64,000 bases of DNA from Candidatus Eiseniibacteriota bacterium (GTDB lineage Bacteria > Eisenbacteria > RBG-16-71-46): NCBI GenBank assembly GCA_963707915.1, contig OY970178.1, positions 1,600,001-1,664,000 on the forward strand. Direction: 5' to 3'. Below, in pieces: positions 11,139 through 19,739 of this stretch. How positions within the stretch are numbered: position 1 is the stretch's first letter; every line of letters starts with the position of its first letter. The translations under genes were made by a program, and so were the position numbers. Under the pieces are notes generated by a model. It had not been told where the DNA came from. It worked only from the letters and a program-made list of their open reading frames with translations, and ran no database searches.

Positions 11139-11153
11139 GCAATTGATAACCCA
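11139..11153 (-). promoter_or_regulatory. Possible sigma-54 (-24/-12) promoter upstream of the 9975..10916 gene
   Basis: Minus strand TGGGTTATCAATTGC has GG-N10-GC spacing and TTGC, but lacks the consensus CAC. Confidence 0.25.
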
Positions 11154-11352
11154 TGCGGGGGGTGGAGTTCCAGCGGAATATCGGCCCGTCGGCAGATCCC
11201 GCGATAGTTGTCGTGAGGACCGACAGTCGACGGTTCCTGCCACCGGCCCGGCCTGCCACGGCCGGCAAGCGAGCTCGGCCGCTCCGTGGGACGAAGCTTC
11301 CGTCCCCATCGCCTCGAGGAAGGAGAGCCCCGGCAAGCCCGGACGAGGCCGG

Positions 11353-12819
11353 TCACCGCGCCGACAGGGCGCCGGCGCGGGTGCCCGGCAGGACCACCAG
11401 GCGGCGGGTGGCGCTCGCCCGAGCTGTCGAAACGCGAACAAGATAGACGCCGGCGGGCACCCGCCCTCCGGCACCGTCCACGAGGTGCCAGTCGAGCGAC
11501 GTGGCCCCCGCGGCGAACCGCTCGTCCGCCAGGGAACGCACCCGCCGCCCCGCCAGGTCGAAGACCTCGACGCGGACCGGGCCCGCCTCGGCGACCGTGA
11601 TCTCCAGGTGGGCGACGTCCCGCGCCGGGTTGGGGGCCGGGCGCCCCAGTGCGACCACGGCGCCGCCGGAGGCGGGAGGAGCCTCCTGACCCTCCGGGTC
11701 GAAGACGACCTGGACCGGCGGCAGTCCGGTCGCGAGCGGCCCGGCGAGGCACGTGTCGCTGCCGGCCTCGAACACGACGAGCCCCGGGGTGGTGTAGCTG
11801 CTGTTGCACACGTAGAGGTCGCCCCGCCCGTCGAGCGCCGCATCCGAAAGACTGTAGCCGCCCGGCGCGTAGAGGGTGGCGAGCCGGCTGCCGGTCTCGG
11901 CGTCCCAGGAGACCAGGCTCGTGTTGCCGGCGGCATCGCTCACGATCGCGTACGGGTGTCCCCTGCCGTCCGCGACCACGGCCAGCACGTCCCCGCCCAG
12001 CGCTTGCTCGCTGATCGCCTGCCGCGCGCTGCGGATGGCGCCGGGCGGCCCGTCCGCTGCCGGGACCACGATGTCGTCGACTCCGCCGTCCCACGCGCCC
12101 CAGCGCCCCGAACAACCGATGTAGAGGTGCGATTCCTGCTGCGGGCCCGCGCCGGGGAGCACGGCGAATTCGGTGCCCGGGTTCAGGCCGCGCAACTTCA
12201 CCACCTGCGTGCCGGGGGTGAACGGGTCCGCGTCGTAGACGGTGTCCGCCAGCATGTCCACCACCACGACCAGCCCGGTGTCGGCCGCGACGAAGTTCGC
12301 GAGCCGCCCGAGCGCGACGAAGAGCAGGTCCCCCACCACGGCCAGGTGAGCGGCCTCGGGGTTGCCGTCCGCGTCGGCCCACGCGGCGAGCGGGACGACA
12401 CCGAGCGCCTGGCCGGTGGAGGGATCCACGATCAGCAGGTCCGGCGACCCGAGCCGCGATACGTAGGCCTTCGAGGGCGAGGCGAAGGCGATGTCCTGCG
12501 GGTTCGTGCCGTTGCCCACGGAGAACTGCCGCACGGTGGCATAGTCCTGCGACGGGTCGATGACCTGGACGTTGTCGTAGCCGTAGCGATTCACGACGTA
12601 GATCAACCCGCGGTAGCAGCGCGCCATCGGGTCGGCCGAGACGACGGCCACGTCGCGGGTGATCGCGCGGGTCGCGAGATCCACCACGCCCAGCGTGCCG
12701 CTGGTGTAGTCGGTCGAGAGGACGTAGCCCCGGGTCGCCACGGCGTGGGCCGGCGAGGCCAGCGCGATCAGCACGGGAAGCAGGGCGAGGCACGACAGAT
12801 CGGCTCGGGACATGTTCAT
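11353..12819 (-). CDS. Secreted YncE/BtuG-like beta-propeller protein with FlgD-Ig/T9SS-like CTD
   Basis: Start overlaps the TBDT stop; signal peptide ending AHA; IYVVNRYGYDNVQVID...NPQDIAFASPSKAYVS propeller blades; CTD PAPNPAR...GVYLVR. Confidence 0.75.
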   Translation of the reverse strand: MNMSRADLSCLALLPVLIALASPAHAVATRGYVLSTDYTSGTLGVVDLATRAITRDVAVVSADPMARCYRGLIYVVNRYGYDNVQVIDPSQDYATVRQFSVGNGTNPQDIAFASPSKAYVSRLGSPDLLIVDPSTGQALGVVPLAAWADADGNPEAAHLAVVGDLLFVALGRLANFVAADTGLVVVVDMLADTVYDADPFTPGTQVVKLRGLNPGTEFAVLPGAGPQQESHLYIGCSGRWGAWDGGVDDIVVPAADGPPGAIRSARQAISEQALGGDVLAVVADGRGHPYAIVSDAAGNTSLVSWDAETGSRLATLYAPGGYSLSDAALDGRGDLYVCNSSYTTPGLVVFEAGSDTCLAGPLATGLPPVQVVFDPEGQEAPPASGGAVVALGRPAPNPARDVAHLEITVAEAGPVRVEVFDLAGRRVRSLADERFAAGATSLDWHLVDGAGGRVPAGVYLVRVSTARASATRRLVVLPGTRAGALSAR

Positions 12820-14930
12820 GGCTCCGTGGGATGGCCTGCGCCAGCGGCCAGCCGCCAGGTGCAGCCGAGGAAGACGCTCCGGCCGGGCAGCGGGAAGCCG
12901 CCCACGTCCACGGCACGGTCGTCCAGGAGGTTCTTGCCTTCGAGGGTCAGCCGCAGGGCGGACCGGAAGGGCGCGAACGAAAGCGACGCGCCGGCCAGCC
13001 GGCGCTCGGCCACGCGTTGGAGATTGTAGGGATCGAGCAGGTTGTCGCCGATCAGCTCCAACTCGGCGCCCGCCCTCAGTCCCGCACGGCCCGGCGCGCG
13101 CCACTCGAGCCGGGCGCGGCCCTGGTGCGACGGCCGGCCGGGCAGGCGCTTGCCCACCCAGAACTCGGGCAGCGGACCCAGGTTGATCGCCGACTGCCAT
13201 GACCACGCCGCCGCCAGCGACAGTCCCCGGGGCAGCTCGAGCCGCATGCTCCATTCCTCGCCGCGGATGCGTGCGCGGCCGAAGTTCTGCGCCTTCATGC
13301 TGCTCGCCGAGCTCCTCACGAAGGCCACGAGGTCGCGAGCGTCGGAGCGGAAGCGCGCCCACTCGAGGGCGCCCTCGACCCGACCGACGCGGCCGCGCCA
13401 GGCCGCGCCCGCGTCGCGGTTCTCCGCGAACTCGGGACGCAGCCCCGGGTTGCCGGTCACGCCGCCCTGGTCGCCGAAGAGCTCGACGAAGCCGGGCGCG
13501 CGGCTCGCCCGGGCCCAGTTGGCGCGGACCTCGAGCCCGCGGCCCAGGTCGAGGCGGGCGCCGAGCTGCGGGGAATCGAGGACCCGCACGACGTCGGTGC
13601 TCGCGAGCGCGCCGGCAAGAGCGAGCGAGCGCAGGTGGTCCTCGATACGGTCCCAGCGCCGCGCGGCGTGCAGCACGAGCCGCCCGTCGGGCGTGCGCAG
13701 CTGGAGGCCCGTCATGGCGCCGCGGGCGAGTCGCCGGCTCGGCGGGGGATCGGGCAGTCCGTCGGCCGCGTCGCCGAGGTTCGCGCGCTCGCGCCCCAGC
13801 GAGCCGGCGCACTCGAGCGCCAGCCAGGGGACGGGACGGGCCCAGGCCAACGAGAGCGCGAGCCGCCCGGCCCCGGTGCGCTCGTCGGTGTCGTGCCGGC
13901 CCGTCCCGAGCTCCCCGCGGTCGGCGAGCCGCGTGTCGCGAAAGCGCGAGCGCTCGCGATCCGACGAGAACCGCAGGGTGGCGCGCGGGATGGGCCCGGC
14001 GCCGGCGCGCTCGACCTCAAGGAGACCCAGGGCCCGCAGGAAGGCGAGCCGCGCCCCGAGCGCCGGGTCGGCGCCGAGTCCGGGGAGGCCTTGCGCCTTG
14101 CGGAAGAGCTCACCGCGCGCGCGCACCCGCAGCTCGCGGCGCGGATGCCAGCCCAGGCTCCCGAGCGCGCTCCACGAGTCGAAGCGGTTGTTGCGCCGGG
14201 TCTTGATGCTGTCGTCGGCGGCGTTGTAGCCGGTGGCATCGTCGTCGAGGTAGCGATAGTCGCCGGCCGAGCCCTGGTAGCCCGCGTGCAGGAGCAGGTC
14301 GAACGGGCCGCGCTCGAACCCGGCGCTCCCGCGGCCCTCCCAGGTCGCGAACGAGCCGCGGGCCACGTGGAACTCGCGCAGGCCGGGCGAGGAGGCGGTG
14401 ACCAGGTTGATGGCCCCGCCCGGAGACGCGACCCCCAGGCCCAGTGGCCCGAGACCGCGGAAGACCTCGACCCGCTCGATGGCGGTCCCGGGCAGGTCAC
14501 CCAGGCTCACCACGCCGTGGGCCGCGGAGGTAAGCGGCACCCCGTCGAGGTAGATCGTGACCTGCCCGGGCGCGGCGCCGCGCAGCGACACGGTGCTGAA
14601 GGAGCCGAGGCCGCCGTACTGCGTGACGTGCACGCCCACGGCCTGCGAGAGCAGTTCCGAGACGCTCTCGAGCGCGCGGGTCGAGGCGTTGGCGCGCAGT
14701 TCGGTGACGAACGCGGTGGGCAGCAGCCGGCGCGCCTCCGAGAGCGCGCGCTCGCGCTCGACCCGCACCTCGGGGAGCACGGTGACGGTGTCCGCGACCG
14801 TCGCCCGGCGCGCGGGGGCGGACCGGGGCGAGAGCACGCCCCCCGGCCGCAGGTCGCTGCGGATCGCGCGGGCGGGACGCGAATCGCCCCCGGCGAGCAG
14901 GAAGAGGACGGCCAGGCCCTGGACGATCAC
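12816..14930 (-). CDS. btuB: TonB-dependent receptor, BtuB-like (cobalamin)
   Basis: Plug motifs GGLGSFSTVSLRG...IYLDGVPL and IERVEVFRG; C-terminal KNLLD...GFPLPGRS; lies directly downstream of a cobalamin riboswitch. Confidence 0.85.
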   Translation of the reverse strand: MIVQGLAVLFLLAGGDSRPARAIRSDLRPGGVLSPRSAPARRATVADTVTVLPEVRVERERALSEARRLLPTAFVTELRANASTRALESVSELLSQAVGVHVTQYGGLGSFSTVSLRGAAPGQVTIYLDGVPLTSAAHGVVSLGDLPGTAIERVEVFRGLGPLGLGVASPGGAINLVTASSPGLREFHVARGSFATWEGRGSAGFERGPFDLLLHAGYQGSAGDYRYLDDDATGYNAADDSIKTRRNNRFDSWSALGSLGWHPRRELRVRARGELFRKAQGLPGLGADPALGARLAFLRALGLLEVERAGAGPIPRATLRFSSDRERSRFRDTRLADRGELGTGRHDTDERTGAGRLALSLAWARPVPWLALECAGSLGRERANLGDAADGLPDPPPSRRLARGAMTGLQLRTPDGRLVLHAARRWDRIEDHLRSLALAGALASTDVVRVLDSPQLGARLDLGRGLEVRANWARASRAPGFVELFGDQGGVTGNPGLRPEFAENRDAGAAWRGRVGRVEGALEWARFRSDARDLVAFVRSSASSMKAQNFGRARIRGEEWSMRLELPRGLSLAAAWSWQSAINLGPLPEFWVGKRLPGRPSHQGRARLEWRAPGRAGLRAGAELELIGDNLLDPYNLQRVAERRLAGASLSFAPFRSALRLTLEGKNLLDDRAVDVGGFPLPGRSVFLGCTWRLAAGAGHPTEP

Positions 14931-15094
14931 GGCGTCACCCGCGCCCCAATCGAACAGCCCCGCCCCGGGAGGACTCCACCGGAAACGGGGCCGCGCGGAC
15001 GCCGTTCCCCGCGGATGCTCTCCGACGAAGCATCACGGGCTGCACCCGCCCTCTTCCGGTGCGCGTCGGGCGCGCCGGTCGATGCGGGTCGTTG

Positions 15095-15254
15095 CCTCCG
15101 GGCAGGTTTCCTGACTCAGGGCTGCTGCAGGGCCTCGCCTTCCCAGCCCGCAGGCCAGTGGCATTCGAGACCCGGTGTGCCCATCACAGTGGCGGGACCG
15201 TGGGGGCTTCTCACCCCCCTTCCCTCTTAGCCGCGCGCTGCGGCACCCGGAAGA
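15095..15254 (-). ncRNA. Cobalamin riboswitch
   Basis: Minus strand reads GGTGC...TAAGAGGGAAGGGGGTGAGAAGCCCCCACGGTCCCGCCACTGTGA...GCCACTGG...CTGGGAAGGCG...GAGTCAGGAAACCTGCC, the canonical conserved elements including the B12 box. Confidence 0.93.
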
Positions 15255-15442
15255 CTGCGTGCGGACACTGCCCCGCGCCACGGCGGCTGTCAAGCGCGGC
15301 GAACGGTCTCTTGGACTGCACGACTGACAGTGGGCCTGCTGCACCCACTGGCCGCGGCACTCCGATTCCGAGCGTATGAGGCGAGGAGGCCCGCAACACC
15401 CTGACGGGCTGAGACCTCCCCCTGGAGATCAGCGAGCGGCCC

Positions 15443-16354
15443 TCACCGCGTCACGATGAACCGCCGCACCGCCGACTGTCGGCCGAAGCGGAGTTCGGCG
15501 ATGTAGAACCCGGGTGGCAACCGCGCGCCCGAGCGGCTGCGCATCTCCCAGTCCACGCTGCCAGGACCTGGCGGGCGCGGCCCCTTGAGTGGCTCTGCCA
15601 GAAGTCGACCTGCCACATCGTAGACACGGAGCTCGACCTGGCCAGCCGAGGGCAGGTCGAAGGCGAAGAGCGCCCGATTATGCGCCGGATTGGGGGCGAT
15701 CGAGGAGAAGCGCACGCGGTCGCCGGATCCGGGCGACATCGGGACTCCGACCACCGTGCCGTCGACCAGCAGGGTATCCGGCGCGACGAAGGTGAGCGGG
15801 TAGAACGTGAACAACTCGCCCCCCGGGACGCCCGTCACGTCGAGCGACGCGATGGTGTTGGTGCCGAGCGGATCCTCCGTGGGCACGCGAGGGTCTTCAT
15901 TCTCGTTGAGGTAGTAGAGGGCAAACTCTGTCGGGGCGGCATCCCCTTGAGCGGCCTGCTCGCTCAGGTCGAGGTCACAGTCAAACTGGGTGATGGTCTC
16001 GAGCAGTAGGTTGAGTTCGGAGTAGAACGCGCCACCGACCAGGACGGTCGTGTCCGCGGGGTTGGCTCCGCTGAGCAGCTTCCCCATCGGTGGGCCGCCG
16101 ACCGTGCTCGTCACCTTACCCGTGCCATCGTGCGTGGCATTCAGGATCGTGAGCGTGTTCGCAGAGTCCGAGCAAGTGAGGGCGAACACGAGCCGCTGGG
16201 AGATTTCGGGCACCGCCCGCACGCGAAGGTGGTAGCGCGTCGTTGCCACTGCAGACGACCCGCCCAGCGAGAGAATGGCCATGGAAACCATGAAGAGCCG
16301 GGCCAGGAGCCAAGTCCCGGCCGAACCCCGTACGGTCTCTTGAATCCGGCTCAT
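15443..16354 (-). CDS. Secreted protein with a domain resembling NF038129-type PEP-CTERM proteins, ending in a FlgD-Ig/T9SS-like CTD
   Basis: Signal peptide; FYSELNL...DLDLSE...PTEFALYYL...PTEDPLGTNTIASLDVTG; CTD IAPNPAH...YDVAGRL...GFYIAE. Confidence 0.6.
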   Translation of the reverse strand: MSRIQETVRGSAGTWLLARLFMVSMAILSLGGSSAVATTRYHLRVRAVPEISQRLVFALTCSDSANTLTILNATHDGTGKVTSTVGGPPMGKLLSGANPADTTVLVGGAFYSELNLLLETITQFDCDLDLSEQAAQGDAAPTEFALYYLNENEDPRVPTEDPLGTNTIASLDVTGVPGGELFTFYPLTFVAPDTLLVDGTVVGVPMSPGSGDRVRFSSIAPNPAHNRALFAFDLPSAGQVELRVYDVAGRLLAEPLKGPRPPGPGSVDWEMRSRSGARLPPGFYIAELRFGRQSAVRRFIVTR

Positions 16355-17244
16355 CTCGTTCCAGGCCCTGCGAACACCTGGGGCTGAACCCGGACCCGGT
16401 CCATGGAGGGGTTCTTGATGTGCAGCGTGACGTCCACGTGAGCGCCAGGTGCCAGGCCCCCACTGCCGGTCGGCAGGGTCAGATAGGCCTCACCACCCGG
16501 TTCGATGGCACAAGTCCAGCCTTCCTCGCCGACCAGTTCGACATTCTCACCGATGATACCCGGGAGCAGCGTGACAGGTGCTTGGAGAGTGACGCCGGAG
16601 GTGTTTGTCACCCGTACGCGGGCTGCGTACTGGTCCGACTTTCGAACCTGGCGGAACCCGCCGCATTTCACAGAAACGCCCTGGGTCACCTCTGCCGGAG
16701 GGTTATCGTAGAGGAGGCTCATTCTGCAGCCGCATTCCGTGGTCAATCGCAACGCATTCGCGTCGTCCGAGAATGCTGATTGCATCTTTGCGATCAACAG
16801 TCGGCCATTCGTTTCGTCAACGATGGACTCGAACACCCGGGTGCCACCGAACGTCTTGAGCATCGCGAAGGACACGTAGCCGCTGGAGTCTACCCCGCCA
16901 TCAGTGACCCCGGCGAGCGTCCCCACGCTGTCAATCATCGCGTTAAGCAGATCTGGTGCGACCCGGAATGTTGTCGAGGCGAAATCGTAATACGGGCTGA
17001 ACTCGGTCCGCCGGAACGGCCTGAATACGTACGGATCCACGACGTTCGGTGCACAGGAGAAAGCGAGGCTTCCCACCGGGGAGTCACTGGGTCCCAAGTA
17101 CGTGATCTTCACCTGTACCGTCGCCAGCTCAGTCGGAGACAGGGCCTGGAATTCCGAAAAGAGCGCAAACGTCTGAGCTACTGCGGTGGTCGACAGAATC
17201 CCCGCGAGCGACAGCGACAGGACCGTTCGAATCAACGTGGACAT
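16351..17244 (-). CDS. Secreted hypothetical protein with C-terminal Ig-like domain
   Basis: Signal peptide (MSTLIRTVLSLSLAGILSTTAVA); C-terminal VTQGVSV...VRVTNTSG..LQAPV...GLAPGAHVDVTLHIKNPS; stop overlaps the next start. Confidence 0.7.
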   Translation of the reverse strand: MSTLIRTVLSLSLAGILSTTAVAQTFALFSEFQALSPTELATVQVKITYLGPSDSPVGSLAFSCAPNVVDPYVFRPFRRTEFSPYYDFASTTFRVAPDLLNAMIDSVGTLAGVTDGGVDSSGYVSFAMLKTFGGTRVFESIVDETNGRLLIAKMQSAFSDDANALRLTTECGCRMSLLYDNPPAEVTQGVSVKCGGFRQVRKSDQYAARVRVTNTSGVTLQAPVTLLPGIIGENVELVGEEGWTCAIEPGGEAYLTLPTGSGGLAPGAHVDVTLHIKNPSMDRVRVQPQVFAGPGTR

Positions 17245-18323
17245 GGTTGACCTCCCACGAGCGGATATCGGGCTACCGGCAGCTTGAACTTCGGGTGGCG
17301 CGACTTCCACAACTCCAACGCTTCGCCATATTCCTGGCTGGGGCCGCTCTGCGATCCACCGATCAGCGTATGAGTGACCGTCATGTCCCGGGACATCTCC
17401 CAGTGCCAGAGGTATCGGCCGAGTTGTGCCCCCTTGCCATCCCCCTGCGAGCACACTGCGCAGACCTCGAAGTCAAGGTGGACGGTGTCGATTCCCGTAG
17501 GGAAATGCCTCGGATTGCGCCTGGGGGAATCGACCAGATACGCAGTTGTCCGCGTGTCCCCGGAACGCCCCGGCCGCCCTGTCACCGTAGCACTCGGCTG
17601 GGTGTAGAAGGGGTTATTGACCCGTGCTGGCACATCAACACGCCAGCCAGCAGCGGTGCGCTCCGAATCCTTCTTGGCGCCATCGGAGAAGCCCTGCTCC
17701 GCGTACGACAGGTTCCTGGCGTTCCCTGCCGAGTCCCGCCCCGTGGCGTGAATCACCTGGACCAAGTCGATTCGATCGCAGCGAGGAATGCCACAAACCC
17801 CACTGGGATCGAACTTGACGATCACGGAGTCGAAGCCCCCCCCCGACGCGATCAGGATGCTGTCCCGCCATGGGTTCGCACCCCCCCCGGTCGATACCTC
17901 GATGCGAGCCACCACGCATCCGGTGATATCCCACCACGGCCAAGGCGGCGGGTGGAATTCCCACTGCTCGATCCCGATCGAGTGCCAGCCCGGTGTGGCA
18001 TTCAAGGGCACTGTGATTGTGTCTGACCGCTGGACCGTGTAGGGCGAGAACACCGCGTAGAAGTAGTACCCGGGATTGGTGGGCCAATCCCACCACATGT
18101 CGTATTGTACTCGGTCGTGCTTCTCCCACGGCCAGAAGTTGGTCTCGACCAGTACTTGCGAGCCGGGTGCTGCGCACGAAGGCGTGACCCGCACCACGGG
18201 TCCGGTTGCACGGTACTCCCGGGCGCCCACCTGGCACACGCAGACGCTGAGAAGAACGAGCACGAGGATGACCTGATGCAGGGGACGCGATCGGACTTTC
18301 CAACGCGTCGATCCCAACCGCAT
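17232..18323 (-). CDS. Secreted hypothetical protein, Trp/Cys-rich (start uncertain)
   Basis: Long ORF in lower-GC DNA; hydrophobic signal-like segment VILVLVLLSVCVCQVGA; overlaps the downstream gene start. Confidence 0.6.
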   Translation of the reverse strand: MRLGSTRWKVRSRPLHQVILVLVLLSVCVCQVGAREYRATGPVVRVTPSCAAPGSQVLVETNFWPWEKHDRVQYDMWWDWPTNPGYYFYAVFSPYTVQRSDTITVPLNATPGWHSIGIEQWEFHPPPWPWWDITGCVVARIEVSTGGGANPWRDSILIASGGGFDSVIVKFDPSGVCGIPRCDRIDLVQVIHATGRDSAGNARNLSYAEQGFSDGAKKDSERTAAGWRVDVPARVNNPFYTQPSATVTGRPGRSGDTRTTAYLVDSPRRNPRHFPTGIDTVHLDFEVCAVCSQGDGKGAQLGRYLWHWEMSRDMTVTHTLIGGSQSGPSQEYGEALELWKSRHPKFKLPVARYPLVGGQPCPR

Positions 18324-18662
18324 TCTCAGGATCGGCGCTCGCACCGCCAAGCACGGGGAGCCGGGTCGCAAGGCGCGATCCGAGCCAGCGGACGCGGCGG
18401 CCACTTCCCGCGTCACTCGATGCAGCACGCCTGCGAGTGCGGTTCGGGCGAGATGGGACATGGGCGCGGCCTCCCAAGAGACGTCCTCGACCTCTCAAGC
18501 ATCGAACGAGGCGCCGACTTCACCGGAGCGGCCGAACCTGCAGCCGCGCCAGACGCGGGCGTCCCCGGGCTCGGAATCGAGGGCCTCACGACAAGTAACA
18601 CCTACCCTCCCCCCCGGATGCAAGGCTAGACCTCACATCGTCGCCGGGAATACGACGTGGCG

Positions 18663-18681
18663 TGTGTGACCCATTTGTGAC
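18663..18681. repeat. TGTGACC direct repeat, resembling integrase arm-binding sites
   Basis: gtgtgacccatttgtgacc lies about 150 bp from the tRNA fragment. Confidence 0.35.
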
Positions 18682-18737
18682 CCCCTCAGAGTCCTCTCCT
18701 GACCACTCGGGACAACTCAAGGCCACGAAGACGAAAC

Positions 18738-18766
18738 GGCCCCAGCTCACGCAACTCGCTGGGGCC
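18738..18766. terminator. Strong hairpin (ggccccagc...gctggggcc) downstream of the tRNA fragment
   Basis: Perfect 9-bp inverted repeat with aaa on both sides. Confidence 0.45.
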
Positions 18767-18785
18767 AAAGCTATCTAAGTGCTGC

Positions 18786-18867
18786 TGGCGGACTTCCGGT
18801 TCGGGAGGTCAGTTGTTGTGGCAGCGGCTTTCGAGACCGTCCGGTTCAACCGCTCCAGCACCTCTCC
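18786..18867 (-). pseudogene. Broken tRNA-Ser(CGA): intact 5' half (18829-18867), non-tRNA 3' half, terminal TCCGCCA
   Basis: Minus strand GGAGAGGTGCTGGAGCGGTTGAACCGGACGGTCTCGAAA matches the tRNA-Ser(CGA) acceptor 5' strand, D arm and anticodon loop. No TTCG T-loop follows. Confidence 0.7.
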
Positions 18868-18976
18868 GGGGCGAGTTACTGACGGCTCACGGAGGACTCC
18901 TCAGGTCGCGATCCCTGAGCAGAAGGCGCCAGCGGAAGCAACGGCGCCATGGACGCGAGGCAGTCACACCGACGCG

Positions 18977-19687
18977 TCAGCGCTCGAGGAGCCGTCGCAC
19001 GCTGCCGAAAACCGCGTGCCACATCGCCCGCGTCAGGCGTCGCGTGTTCGTGTTCTGCCGGCTCGGGTGGTAGGAGGCGACGAGGATACGGCCGTCCGGC
19101 AGGACGGCCTCGGCCCCGTGGGCGAAGCGGGGCCGCTGCGCGACCGGCAGCTGCTCCCACCAGCCCGCCGCCCGCAGCCACGCCTCGTGCGCCACGCCGC
19201 CCAGCGCGAGCACCACGCGCACGCGCGTGAGCAGGGCGTTCTCCGCCTCGAGGTACGGGCGGCAGTTGGCGAGTTCCTCGCGCGTGGGCCGGTTCCCGGG
19301 CGGAGCGCAGCGCGCCGCGGCGGTCACCCACGCGTCCGCGAGGCGCAGGCCGTCGTCGCGGCTCACCGAGCGTGGCTGGTTCGCAAAGCCCGCGCCGTGA
19401 AGGGCCTCGTGCAGCCAGTCCCCGCTCGAGTCCCCGGTGAACATGCGCCCGGTCCGGTTGGCGCCGTGCGCCGCGGGCGCCAGGCCCACCACCAGCAGGC
19501 GCGCCCCGGGGTCGCCGAAGCCCGGCACCGGCCGGCCCCAGTAGGGCTCGTCGCGGAACTCGCGCTTGCGCACTTCGGCCACCAGGCTGCAGTGCGCGCG
19601 CAGTCGCGGACACCGCTCGCAGGCCACCACCGCGCGGCTCACGGCGTCGAGGGAGCGGAACGTGGGGCGGCGATCAGGCAGGTCCAT
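18977..19687 (-). CDS. Uracil-DNA glycosylase family 5 (UdgB-like)
   Basis: CxxCPRL, YWGRPVPGFGD, GLAPAAHGANRTGRMFTGD, YHPSRQNTNT. Confidence 0.93.
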   Translation of the reverse strand: MDLPDRRPTFRSLDAVSRAVVACERCPRLRAHCSLVAEVRKREFRDEPYWGRPVPGFGDPGARLLVVGLAPAAHGANRTGRMFTGDSSGDWLHEALHGAGFANQPRSVSRDDGLRLADAWVTAAARCAPPGNRPTREELANCRPYLEAENALLTRVRVVLALGGVAHEAWLRAAGWWEQLPVAQRPRFAHGAEAVLPDGRILVASYHPSRQNTNTRRLTRAMWHAVFGSVRRLLER

Positions 19688-19739
19688 GGGCTGGCATCCC
19701 CCCCTTGATTCGGCCGGTTCGAGTCCCTATGTTCCCCGC

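Noticed and set aside
19705..19730. GGTTCGAGTCC T-loop-like motif, considered as the missing 3' half of the tRNA
   Set aside because: It is on the opposite strand to the 5' half, and has no acceptor-stem complement or CCA.
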